Part shown: positions 1-7,927 of the stretch, in pieces
Layout: the number at the start of each line of letters is the position of its first letter
Position numbering within the stretch: the stretch's first letter is position 1
Sequence record: SRR31156797_8254
DNA: 64,000 nucleotides
Reading direction: 5' to 3' (one strand)
Program-made: the position numbers and the translations under genes
Notes under the pieces: model-generated
What the model saw: the letters and a program-made list of their open reading frames with translations, nothing else
What the model was told of the DNA's origin: nothing
The model's database searches: none

Positions 1-29
1 AAGTCTTATTAGACTTTTGCAACAGCCCC
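1..29. repeat. Right part of a probable long inverted repeat/hairpin (AAGTCT-tatt-AGACTT followed by TTGCAACAGCCCC), cut by the window edge
   Basis: AAGTCT (1-6) is the reverse complement of AGACTT (11-16). It lies just downstream of the minus-strand OMP stop, so it may act as a terminator or be a REP/MITE-like element. The left arm is outside the window. Confidence 0.35.
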
Positions 30-51
30 TCCTCAGTTAACTGTCTATATC

Positions 52-1044
52 CTAGTACTGCAGTCTTACATTCATTGAGCCGCCCAGGGTGTTGGAGGGC
101 ATGGCGTATAGCAGTCCCAAGTCTATCTTCAGGATCCACAAGTTTAGACCGGCGCCGCCGAATACGCGGAAGGAACCGCCGGAAACATTGGAGTCTACCG
201 TTACACCGTCGGAATCCACATCGACACCTGCCAGATTGCTTATTAGATCGATCTGGTCATCTGTAATGGGAATACCGTCAACATCCACGGTTGAACCTGT
301 AATACCGCCTCCCGCATGGGACCATCCGTAGGAGACTCCAGCCCCGGCGGAAAGGTTCAGGAGAAGAACCTGTTTGCTCACCTGTGCCTTCAGGTCGAGA
401 ACGCTGGAACCCCAGTCGAAGTACATCTCCGTATCACGGATGTTCATGGTGTTGTACAATATGGTATCGCTGACATCTACTTCCTGGTCATCGATAGGAA
501 CGGTAATATTTCCCTTCAGGTAAGTATAACCCACGCCGATGGACAGGTCGGGTCTGAAGCCTTTGAGTTTTCTGTCCTCCCAGATCGCCCAGCGGATATC
601 TCCTCCCACCATCAGGTACTCCATCTCCAGGTCTTCCACCTCGATCATACTGCTGTTCAGGACACCGAATTTGAAACCCATATCCATGGGGATGGGTAGG
701 AGGGGGATGCCCATCCTGAAATCTGCTGTATAAACAGGCAGGGGAATACCAACATCGCTGAAATCGTCGATACCGCCCTCTCCAGTCATGTCATACACGT
801 CTTCAAAGGCGTCTATGGGCAGCATAACGGCTCCCAGGGTCAGCCCGATTCCCATATGGGGAAAGCCCCCCACATAGGCGTCATTCCAGTTCAATCCCAT
901 GTTCGTAGCCGCAGGCAGGGCGTTCGCCACTCCGTCTGCAAAACTCTCAAAGCTGTCTTCTACGACATCCAGGTCATAATCTTGTGCTGCAATGGTTCCT
1001 GTAACCAAAAGGGTGATTACTATCAGGGTAAGGATTTTCTTCAT
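52..1044 (-). CDS. Putative outer-membrane beta-barrel protein
   Basis: Sec signal peptide (MKKILTLIVITLLVTGTIAA/Q), many amphipathic Gly/aromatic strands, C-terminal beta-signal GSMNVRLQY; GAGGAG SD upstream. Confidence 0.6.
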   Translation of the reverse strand: MKKILTLIVITLLVTGTIAAQDYDLDVVEDSFESFADGVANALPAATNMGLNWNDAYVGGFPHMGIGLTLGAVMLPIDAFEDVYDMTGEGGIDDFSDVGIPLPVYTADFRMGIPLLPIPMDMGFKFGVLNSSMIEVEDLEMEYLMVGGDIRWAIWEDRKLKGFRPDLSIGVGYTYLKGNITVPIDDQEVDVSDTILYNTMNIRDTEMYFDWGSSVLDLKAQVSKQVLLLNLSAGAGVSYGWSHAGGGITGSTVDVDGIPITDDQIDLISNLAGVDVDSDGVTVDSNVSGGSFRVFGGAGLNLWILKIDLGLLYAMPSNTLGGSMNVRLQY

Positions 1045-1209
1045 ATAAAGCTCCTCATTTAGTGTTTTTTTACATTTCTTAACTATTATTAATTTACACC
1101 ATTACTGATGAAAAAACACGTTTTATTCTACTGTAACAGTTACTCATTAGCTCCTGGATTCATTAAAGGTTTGCATAAGAACTAAGAATCACTCGTTTCT
1201 GTGTCATGT

Positions 1210-1863
1210 TTATTGTTTTACAAAAGTAAATGTTCCCAACTTCTTTAAAGAACCATCCACAACAAAATCACCGCCCGTGATTGCTGTTATTACCTCCTGC
1301 GGATCAGTATCATTATCTGCTGATGTATACGATGTACCGCTATCAGTTCCGGAATCATATGGATATAAATCCACTGTGACCGAGTCTTTCCAGTCACCAG
1401 ACTCATCTAATAGGTTCAATCCTGATACTCCAACAAACCAATCCGGGCTCGGTGCAATCATCGTAACCAATGAGACTAAGGGATGGCTGCCTGTAATATC
1501 GAAAGAGAGAGTGGTTGAACCCGGAGACAAGGATAAACCCTCTCCATCAAGAACTGCATCTGCCCATTCCAAGTCAATTATTGATTGTATCTCTTCTTTT
1601 AATAATGCTTTACTACCAGTCTCCGCCATACTTTCAATTCCTTCGGATGCTATCTCTCCAACCTTCCAGAAATCCACTTGACTGTTATGAGTAGCTCCAA
1701 TAAGTCCGGAGAAATGGGGATTGGCTGGGAAGTTAGCAGGGTGAGTAACGGCGCTCCAGGTACTCTCAAATGTAACCGTATAAGTCGCATCCGAAGTGCT
1801 GTCTCCTAAGGAACAAGATGATACTATAGCTATGAGTGCTACCATTTTAGCAATATTCTTCAT
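1210..1863 (-). CDS. Spondin_N domain lipoprotein
   Basis: Lipobox IVSS/C; spondin signatures PHFSGLIGATH, SLVTMIAPSPDWFVG and PYDSGTDSG; GGAGG SD. Confidence 0.85.
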   Translation of the reverse strand: MKNIAKMVALIAIVSSCSLGDSTSDATYTVTFESTWSAVTHPANFPANPHFSGLIGATHNSQVDFWKVGEIASEGIESMAETGSKALLKEEIQSIIDLEWADAVLDGEGLSLSPGSTTLSFDITGSHPLVSLVTMIAPSPDWFVGVSGLNLLDESGDWKDSVTVDLYPYDSGTDSGTSYTSADNDTDPQEVITAITGGDFVVDGSLKKLGTFTFVKQ

Positions 1864-1981
1864 TTAGTGACCTCCAAACAAACTTTGGTACTCTTAAGTA
1901 TAGTACAGGTCAAACGATATAGCACTGGTATAATAGTATATGGGAGTAGTTTTACAGTTCATTTAAGATCAAGTTGTGTTG

Positions 1982-2018
1982 AAAAAAAACAGTCCCGAAT
2001 TATCACTAATTGGGACTG
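1982..2018 (-). terminator. Intrinsic terminator after metK
   Basis: Minus strand reads CAGTCCC-aattagtgataattc-GGGACTG followed by T8, 12 nt after the metK stop. Confidence 0.8.
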
Positions 2019-2030
2019 GAAACGGACTTT

Positions 2031-3189
2031 TTAAATGCTTTTCTTCAGTACATCCACTTTGTCAAGAGCCTCCCAGGGGAAGGAAGATCTTCCGAAGTGT
2101 CCATAGGCTGCAGTGGGGTAGTACATAGGGCGTTTAAGCTCAAAGGTGTTTATGATCCCGGCTGGAGTCAGATCAAATTCCTTGCGAACGATAGCTTCCA
2201 TCTCTTTCTCTGGTAGCTTTCCCTCGCCGAAGGTATCAATATAGAGAGACACAGGTTCGGCAACACCTATGGCATAGGCCAGCTGTATCTGACAACGTTC
2301 AGCGTATCCGGCTGCCACCAGGTTTTTGGCAATATAACGGGCCATATAGGCTGCAGAACGGTCAACTTTTGAGGGGTCCTTACCAGAGAATGCACCGCCT
2401 CCATGAGCTGCTGCACCTCCATAGGTATCGACGATTATCTTTCTTCCTGTGAGACCGGCATCTCCCTCGGGGCCGCCTATTACGAAGTTTCCAGTGGGAT
2501 TTACATGGTAAACAGTCTTATTCGGAAAGAAGTCCTGCTGGCAGAGCCTTTTTGATAACCTCTTCGATCAGCCCTTCTTCGATTATGGAGTGTCCTATCT
2601 CATTGTGCTGATGAGAAAGGACAACTGTGGGGATGTGAGCGGGTTTGCCATCGATATAATCAACAGTCACCTGACACTTACCATCGGGTCTCAGGAAATC
2701 AAGTACTCTGTTCTTCCGTACCTCAGCAGCTCTTTTCATTATCTGATGTGAGAACTGGATGGGAGCGGGCATCAGAACATCCGTATCTCTACAGGCGTAC
2801 CCAAACATAATCCCTTGGTCTCCGGCTCCCTGTTCCTTATGGAGGCCTTCTCCGGCAGTGACACCCTGACTGATATCAGTAGACTGGGGTTTTATCGCGG
2901 ACAGTACAGAAAATGAGTGATAGTCAATCCCGTAAGTGGGGTCGTCATAGCCGATTTCCTTAAGAGTGTCCCTGGCTACCTGAATGAAGTCAATATAACC
3001 CTTAGTCGTGATCTCTCCACCTATCAGAATCATTCCGGTAGAGGTAAAACACTCACAGGCTACCCTGGATTCAGGATCCTGCTCCAAAGCCTTGTCAAGT
3101 ACAGCATCTGAGATAAGGTCGCATACCTTATCTGGATGGCCCTCTCCTACGCTTTCGGATGTAAATTGAAAGCTTTCTCTTAAATTCAT
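2031..3189 (-). pseudogene. metK: Methionine adenosyltransferase (SAM synthetase) split by one +1 frameshift near 2520 (pseudogene or sequencing error)
   Basis: The 5' frame has [19 protein letters not shown] and LRPDGK and ends ...LLSE-TAA at 2518-2520. The next frame continues [35 protein letters not shown]...[18 protein letters not shown]...AAYGHFGR. Removing one base gives a 385-aa MetK. Confidence 0.93.
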
Positions 3190-3289
3190 ATATCTCTTCT
3201 TTAGGATTGAAGCTGCAAAACAGTAATTCATGAATGCATTGCGGATATCTTATAGCAAATAGAACAAGATAACCTTATTTATAGGATAA

Positions 3290-3317
3290 TTGACAATGGA
3301 ATTATCAGCAATACTGT
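3290..3317 (+). promoter_or_regulatory. Candidate sigma70 promoter P1 for the polysaccharide operon
   Basis: TTGACA (3290-3295), 16-nt spacer, TACTGT (3312-3317); the -10 overlaps palindrome 1. Confidence 0.45.
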
Positions 3318-3329
3318 TCAATGCTTGAA
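3301..3329 (-). promoter_or_regulatory. Candidate sigma70 promoter for metK
   Basis: Minus strand TTCAAG, 17-nt spacer, GATAAT; the -35 and spacer lie inside palindrome 1. Confidence 0.3.
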
Positions 3330-3331
3330 CA
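3315..3331. promoter_or_regulatory. Palindromic operator 1, TGTTCA-N5-TGAACA
   Basis: TGTTCA-ATGCT-TGAACA, perfect 6-bp arms; an identical-armed copy lies 69 bp downstream. Confidence 0.75.
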
Positions 3332-3358
3332 ATTTATATAAGAAACCCTATGTCATTA

Positions 3359-3387
3359 TTGTAGAGTTTGTGATTCTGTGCTATGTT
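3359..3387 (+). promoter_or_regulatory. Candidate sigma70 promoter P2 (extended -10)
   Basis: TTGTAG (3359-3364), 17-nt spacer ending in TGc, TATGTT (3382-3387). It overlaps palindrome 2 and would start transcription just 5' of the structured leader. Confidence 0.4.
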
Positions 3388-3400
3388 CATGTTCTGAACA
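3384..3400. promoter_or_regulatory. Palindromic operator 2, TGTTCA-N5-TGAACA
   Basis: TGTTCA-TGTTC-TGAACA, perfect 6-bp arms. Confidence 0.75.
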
Positions 3401-3517
3401 AAGACAGTTCGGGAGTCACTTGCAGGTTGTATAGAGTTTCGGCCATCATCCTGCGCCTCCTTTCTAATTTGCTATTGTAACCCCGGTATAGCTGCGGGTA
3501 AGGGGAGAACTGTCTTT
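3400..3517 (+). ncRNA. Candidate structured leader RNA (three-stem junction), family not recognised
   Basis: An 11-bp perfect closing stem, AAAGACAGTTC (3400-3410) with GAACTGTCTTT (3507-3517), encloses GGGAG/CTCCT, TGCAGG/CCTGCG and ACCC-CGGT/GCTG-c-GGGT stems. It is a GC-rich island in an AT-rich spacer. Confidence 0.55.
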
Positions 3518-3536
3518 ATTTTCGTATTATAATATT

Positions 3537-4040
3537 ATGGATAAAGAACTTATTATTCTTGAACAAATACAAAATAATCCTCATGTAAACCAAAGAGATC
3601 TGGCTTCGATAGCAAAGGCTTCTCTTGGGATGACTAATGCTATCCTCAAGCGTTTTGCTGCTAAAGGTTTCATAACAATTAGGAAGGTTAACAATAGGAA
3701 CATATTATACGCTTTGACTCCGGCTGGTATCGAAGAGATAAATCGAAGATCATGGAATTATTTTAAGAGAACAATAAAGAATGTTGTGGATTACCAAGAT
3801 GCTATTCGTGAAATTGTCAAACAGGCTCGAGTCGATGGTTATGAGGGTGTCGCCTTAGTTGGGAATAGTGATTTCGCTTTTATTGTTGAACATGTATGTT
3901 ATAAGGAAGGCATTGATTTTCATGTTTGTAATGATATGAAAAGAAATAAACTTTTCTATTTATTGGCAGAAAATAGTTCGCTTGGAATTGAAACAGAAGT
4001 TAAATCTTCGTTCTCTCTCTCAAGACTTATTGTTAAGTAA
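3537..4040 (+). CDS. Winged helix-turn-helix (MarR-like, EPS-locus-associated) transcriptional regulator
   Basis: NQRDLA...SLGMTNAILKRFAAKGFI...YALTPAGIEE wHTH pattern plus a C-terminal alpha/beta domain; first gene of the locus. Confidence 0.85.
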   Translation: MDKELIILEQIQNNPHVNQRDLASIAKASLGMTNAILKRFAAKGFITIRKVNNRNILYALTPAGIEEINRRSWNYFKRTIKNVVDYQDAIREIVKQARVDGYEGVALVGNSDFAFIVEHVCYKEGIDFHVCNDMKRNKLFYLLAENSSLGIETEVKSSFSLSRLIVK

Positions 4041-4059
4041 TTATATAGGAGTAAATAAA

Positions 4060-5055
4060 ATGTTGAAGAACTCAACCATCCTTGTTACCGGAGGAACCGG
4101 TTCCTTCGGGCATAAATTTATAGAAATGACTCTTGAAAAGTATGACCCTAAAAAAATCATCGTTTATTCAAGAGATGAGATGAAACAGTGGAATATGGCT
4201 GCGAAGTTCGATGATCCTCGACTGCGTTTCTTTATAGGTGATGTCCGAGATAAAGAAAGGCTTTACAGAGCTTTGGATGGTGTTGATTATGTTGTACACG
4301 CAGCTGCCACCAAAATAGTACCTACCGCTGAATATAACCCTTTTGAGTGTATAAAAACGAATATTAACGGTGCCATGAATCTTATCGATGCTTGTATAGA
4401 CAAGAAAATCAAGAGAGTTGTGGCCTTGAGTACAGATAAGGCTTGTAATCCAATCAATCTTTATGGTGCCACTAAGTTGGCTTCCGATAAGGTATTTGTC
4501 GCAGGAAACTCTTATTCAGGAGAACATGGAACAGTGTTTTCCGTAGTTAGGTATGGAAATGTCATGGGGAGCCGAGGATCGGTTATTCCTTTTTTCCTGT
4601 CTAAGAAAGATGAGGGAACGCTTCCTATAACCGATGAGCGGATGACTCGATTCATGATCACTCTTGATCAGGGCGTTGAGCTGGTTTGGACGGCTTTTGA
4701 AGATGCAGAAGGGGGCGAAATCTATGTAAAGAAGATCCCGTCTATGAAGGTAGTTGATTTAGCAAAGACTGTCGCCCCTGAAGCTGAATTGGAATATATC
4801 GGTATCCGTCCCGGTGAGAAACTGCACGAAATCATGATCAGTGTTGAAGATTCTCTGTTTACATACGAATATGAGGATTATTATAAGATTCTCCCCTCAA
4901 TTCATGACTGGTACTCAGACGAGACAAGAATTAAAGATGGAAAGAAAGTTCCTGATGGTTTCTCCTACACCAGTGATAATAACAAAGAGTGGATGACCAG
5001 CGCGGACCTGAACTCCTGGATAGAAAAAGAATTCCATAAGATGGTTAAGGTATAA
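4060..5055 (+). CDS. pseB: UDP-N-acetylglucosamine 4,6-dehydratase (inverting)
   Basis: TGGTGSFG, YSRDEMKQ, HAAATKIVPTAEYNP, STDKA, YGATK, RYGNVMGSRGSV, GIRPGEKLHE. Start moved to ATG 4060 (AGGAG SD). Confidence 0.93.
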   Translation: MLKNSTILVTGGTGSFGHKFIEMTLEKYDPKKIIVYSRDEMKQWNMAAKFDDPRLRFFIGDVRDKERLYRALDGVDYVVHAAATKIVPTAEYNPFECIKTNINGAMNLIDACIDKKIKRVVALSTDKACNPINLYGATKLASDKVFVAGNSYSGEHGTVFSVVRYGNVMGSRGSVIPFFLSKKDEGTLPITDERMTRFMITLDQGVELVWTAFEDAEGGEIYVKKIPSMKVVDLAKTVAPEAELEYIGIRPGEKLHEIMISVEDSLFTYEYEDYYKILPSIHDWYSDETRIKDGKKVPDGFSYTSDNNKEWMTSADLNSWIEKEFHKMVKV

Positions 5056-5058
5056 GAG

Positions 5059-6204
5059 ATGATTCCCTACGGAAGACAGTGTATAGATCAAGAAGATATC
5101 GACTCGGTAGTATCAGTACTGAAATCTGATTACCTGACACAGGGACCTGCTGTGAAGAAGTTGGAGGATGATATCGCTGAGTATTGTGGCTCCAAGTACT
5201 GCGTCGTCGTCTCCAATGGAACAGCTGCTCTTCACATAGCAGTTGCAGCTCTTGGCCTTTCTGATGGGATTGAAGGGATTACGAGCCCAATCACTTTTGC
5301 TGCATCAGCCAATTCTATGGCGTATTGCGGTATAAAGCCCGTGTTTGCCGATATCGATTCGAAAACCTATAATATTTCTGTTTCAGATATTAAAAAACGA
5401 ATTTCCAACAGGACGAAATTGATTACTCCGGTACATTTTGCTGGGCAGGCATGTGATATGAAGCCAATTAAAGAACTTGCAGATGATCATGGAATGGCGG
5501 TTCTCGAGGATGCCGCTCATGCAATTGGCTCAACTTATAAAGACGGTAGTCGCGTGGGAAACTGCAAGTATTCGGATATGACGACTTTTTCTTTTCATCC
5601 TGTGAAGACCATTACGACAGGTGAAGGCGGCGCTATCACCACTAATCGTAAAGATCTCTATGAAAAGCTCTGCCTTCTGAGGTCTCATGGTATTACTAAA
5701 GATCCGGAAAAGTTAAGCCAGAATCCGGGGCCCTGGTATTATGAGATGCAGGATCTCGGTTACAACTATCGAATGACTGACTTTCAGGCTGCTTTGGGGT
5801 GCAATCAGTTGAAGAAGCTGGAATCATTTAAAGAAAGACGAAGGACAATCGTTAGCACATATAATAATGCATTTAAAGATATAGAGTATTTAGAGACTCC
5901 CTTTGAGGATCCTGAAGTAGACTCCTGTTTTCATTTGTATGTGTTAAAATTTAACTTTGAGAAAATCGGTCTTTCCAGGAAAGAACTTATGATGAGCCTT
6001 CGTGAAAAAGGAATACTTACTCAGGTACATTATATTCCCGTACACTTATTGCCTTATTATGTGCAAGAATACGGATGTAAAAGGGGTGATTATCCTAACG
6101 CTGAGTCCTATTATGAGTCTTGTCTGAGCATCCCATTGTATCCTTCTATGAGAAATGAAGATGTTGAAAAGGTGGTATTTGAAATATCACATGTAACAGC
6201 CTGA
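5059..6204 (+). CDS. pseC: UDP-4-amino-4,6-dideoxy-N-acetyl-beta-L-altrosamine transaminase
   Basis: MIPYGRQ, LTQGP, FSFHPVKTITTGEGG, LRSHGI, GYNYRMTD; follows pseB. Confidence 0.9.
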   Translation: MIPYGRQCIDQEDIDSVVSVLKSDYLTQGPAVKKLEDDIAEYCGSKYCVVVSNGTAALHIAVAALGLSDGIEGITSPITFAASANSMAYCGIKPVFADIDSKTYNISVSDIKKRISNRTKLITPVHFAGQACDMKPIKELADDHGMAVLEDAAHAIGSTYKDGSRVGNCKYSDMTTFSFHPVKTITTGEGGAITTNRKDLYEKLCLLRSHGITKDPEKLSQNPGPWYYEMQDLGYNYRMTDFQAALGCNQLKKLESFKERRRTIVSTYNNAFKDIEYLETPFEDPEVDSCFHLYVLKFNFEKIGLSRKELMMSLREKGILTQVHYIPVHLLPYYVQEYGCKRGDYPNAESYYESCLSIPLYPSMRNEDVEKVVFEISHVTA

Positions 6205-6221
6205 ATGATGGAGTAATTACC

Positions 6222-6971
6222 ATGTACAATGGAAAAAGAATCGTAGCGACAATTGAAGCAAGGATGACTTCAACCAGGCTTCCGGGTAAAGTGCTTCTAG
6301 ATTTGGCAGGGATGCCTGTTCTCGAAGTCATGAAAAAGAGAATCGATAAAAGCAAGTTTGTTGATGAAGTTGTAGTTGCTACTACTGTGAACAAGGACGA
6401 CGATTCGATTGTTCGGTTATGCGGTGATATCGGTTGTTCCGTATCCCGAGGCAGTGAAGATGATGTCTTATCCAGAGTGATGGCTGCTGCTGAGGAATTT
6501 AACGCTGATATTATCGTAGAATTGACGGGAGATTGCCCCTTCATCGATCCAGTTATTATTGATGATGTCCTTGAACTGTATTTTTCAGGAAATTATGATT
6601 ACGCGTCGAATGTTGTAAAGCGGACCTTTCCTGATGGCTTTGACGTTGAAGTATTTTCGCTTGAGAATCTTCGAAAGGTTGATGTGTTGACTAATGATCC
6701 AATCGACAGAGTGCATGTATCAACCTTCTTTTATCAGAATCCTGATAAGTTCAGTATCGCGAACCTTGAAGCAACTGAGGGGCTGAAATGGCCAGAGTTG
6801 GGGATTACCCTGGATGAACGGAAGGATTATGAAATGTTGATGGCTATAGCCGATAAGTTAGCGGATGTAGAGACTGCTTCAGCATCGAACATTGTCGAAT
6901 TGATAAGGACTAATTTAGACATCCTGGAAATAAATAAAGATGTGAGACGAAAAGAAATCTGTGAAGGTTGA
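6222..6971 (+). CDS. SpsF-type cytidylyltransferase
   Basis: IEARMTSTRLPGKVL, RGSEDDVL, LTGDCPFIDP, FPDGFDVE, TLDERKDY. Confidence 0.85.
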   Translation: MYNGKRIVATIEARMTSTRLPGKVLLDLAGMPVLEVMKKRIDKSKFVDEVVVATTVNKDDDSIVRLCGDIGCSVSRGSEDDVLSRVMAAAEEFNADIIVELTGDCPFIDPVIIDDVLELYFSGNYDYASNVVKRTFPDGFDVEVFSLENLRKVDVLTNDPIDRVHVSTFFYQNPDKFSIANLEATEGLKWPELGITLDERKDYEMLMAIADKLADVETASASNIVELIRTNLDILEINKDVRRKEICEG

Positions 6972-6972
6972 T

Positions 6973-7923
6973 ATGAAGCTGAAGGCTTTAGTTATCGGTT
7001 GTGGGAGGATAGGAGCTTTTTTCGATTCCCCCGACTCTTCTGAAATCCTGACTCATGCGAATGCTTATTACAAGGAAGAGCGTGTCGGTGAAATCGCTTT
7101 TTTCGATATTGATGATAAACGTACTTTAGAGGCAGCAACTCTTTGGAAGGGGAAGGCATTACTGTCTATAGATGAACTGAAGGAGTACGCTCCTGATCTA
7201 GTGAGTATTTGTGTGCCTGACGAGCTTCATTCTCAGTATATTAGACTGGCTGCGGAATCCAATCCCTCCATGATACTGGCGGAAAAACCCATAACCGATC
7301 GTTTAAACCTCTCTTACGAGTTACTGGATCTTCTTCAGAGTAAGAAAATCCCCTGCAATGTAAATTATTCAAGAAGGTTTGATACATATCTGCGTCAATT
7401 GTATGAAGAGTTTAGTAAGGGGCGCCTCGGCACGATCCTTTCCGTCCAGGCGGTTTATGGTAAGGGATTGCTCCATAACGGATCTCATCTGATAGATCTT
7501 CTTGTATGGTTTTTCGGCTCTGTACAAAAAATGAAGGCCTTAAACTCTGTGAAGGACTTTAGGGAGGAAGATCCAAGTGTGGGATTCTGGATGCAATGTG
7601 AAAAAGCCGATTCTATTAATGTTTCCGTCGTTGACTCCAGAGTTTATACCGCATTTGAGCTAACATTCTATTTTGAGAATGCGAAGGTCTCTTTTACAAG
7701 AGGCGGGCTGGAGTGTGAGGTCACAATGGTAGAAGAAGATGGTTTGTTTGAAGGTTACCGAGATTTAATCACTCCCAAAGCCATTGAGACAAGTCTTTCC
7801 CTAGCAATGTCGTGCTATGTTAAAAATTCTATTGATGCTTTGAGTGGAAAAGAGAGTTTGTTTTCCCCTATAGGCAATGCCGTATATGTACAAGAAGTCT
7901 GTACAGAACTATTGAAAGGATAA
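6973..7923 (+). CDS. Gfo/Idh/MocA family oxidoreductase
   Basis: IGCGRIG, EKP, VNYSRRF, HNGSHLIDL. ATG 6973 preferred over GTG 6961. Confidence 0.85.
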   Translation: MKLKALVIGCGRIGAFFDSPDSSEILTHANAYYKEERVGEIAFFDIDDKRTLEAATLWKGKALLSIDELKEYAPDLVSICVPDELHSQYIRLAAESNPSMILAEKPITDRLNLSYELLDLLQSKKIPCNVNYSRRFDTYLRQLYEEFSKGRLGTILSVQAVYGKGLLHNGSHLIDLLVWFFGSVQKMKALNSVKDFREEDPSVGFWMQCEKADSINVSVVDSRVYTAFELTFYFENAKVSFTRGGLECEVTMVEEDGLFEGYRDLITPKAIETSLSLAMSCYVKNSIDALSGKESLFSPIGNAVYVQEVCTELLKG

Positions 7924-7927
7924 AATA

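Noticed and set aside
3400-3517. Leader element as glmS ribozyme, c-di-AMP (ydaO) riboswitch, hammerhead or ops/JUMPstart
   Set aside because: Only short resemblances (TTTCGGC; ACCCGCAGCTA; GATGA...GAAA). The required cores (AGCGCC/GACGAGG, GCUGAAUC, CUGANGA, GGCGGTAG) are absent.
3190-3536. SAM-I or other known SAM riboswitch upstream of metK
   Set aside because: The minus strand lacks the AUC-AGA...GAGGGA...GCAAC...GUGC core; the only strong structure pairs better on the plus strand.
3982-4059. N-terminal extensions given by the ORF track (pseB 3982, metK 3231, wzx 11637, dehydrogenase 59484)
   Set aside because: They overlap upstream genes or lack an SD; downstream ATGs match family N-termini.
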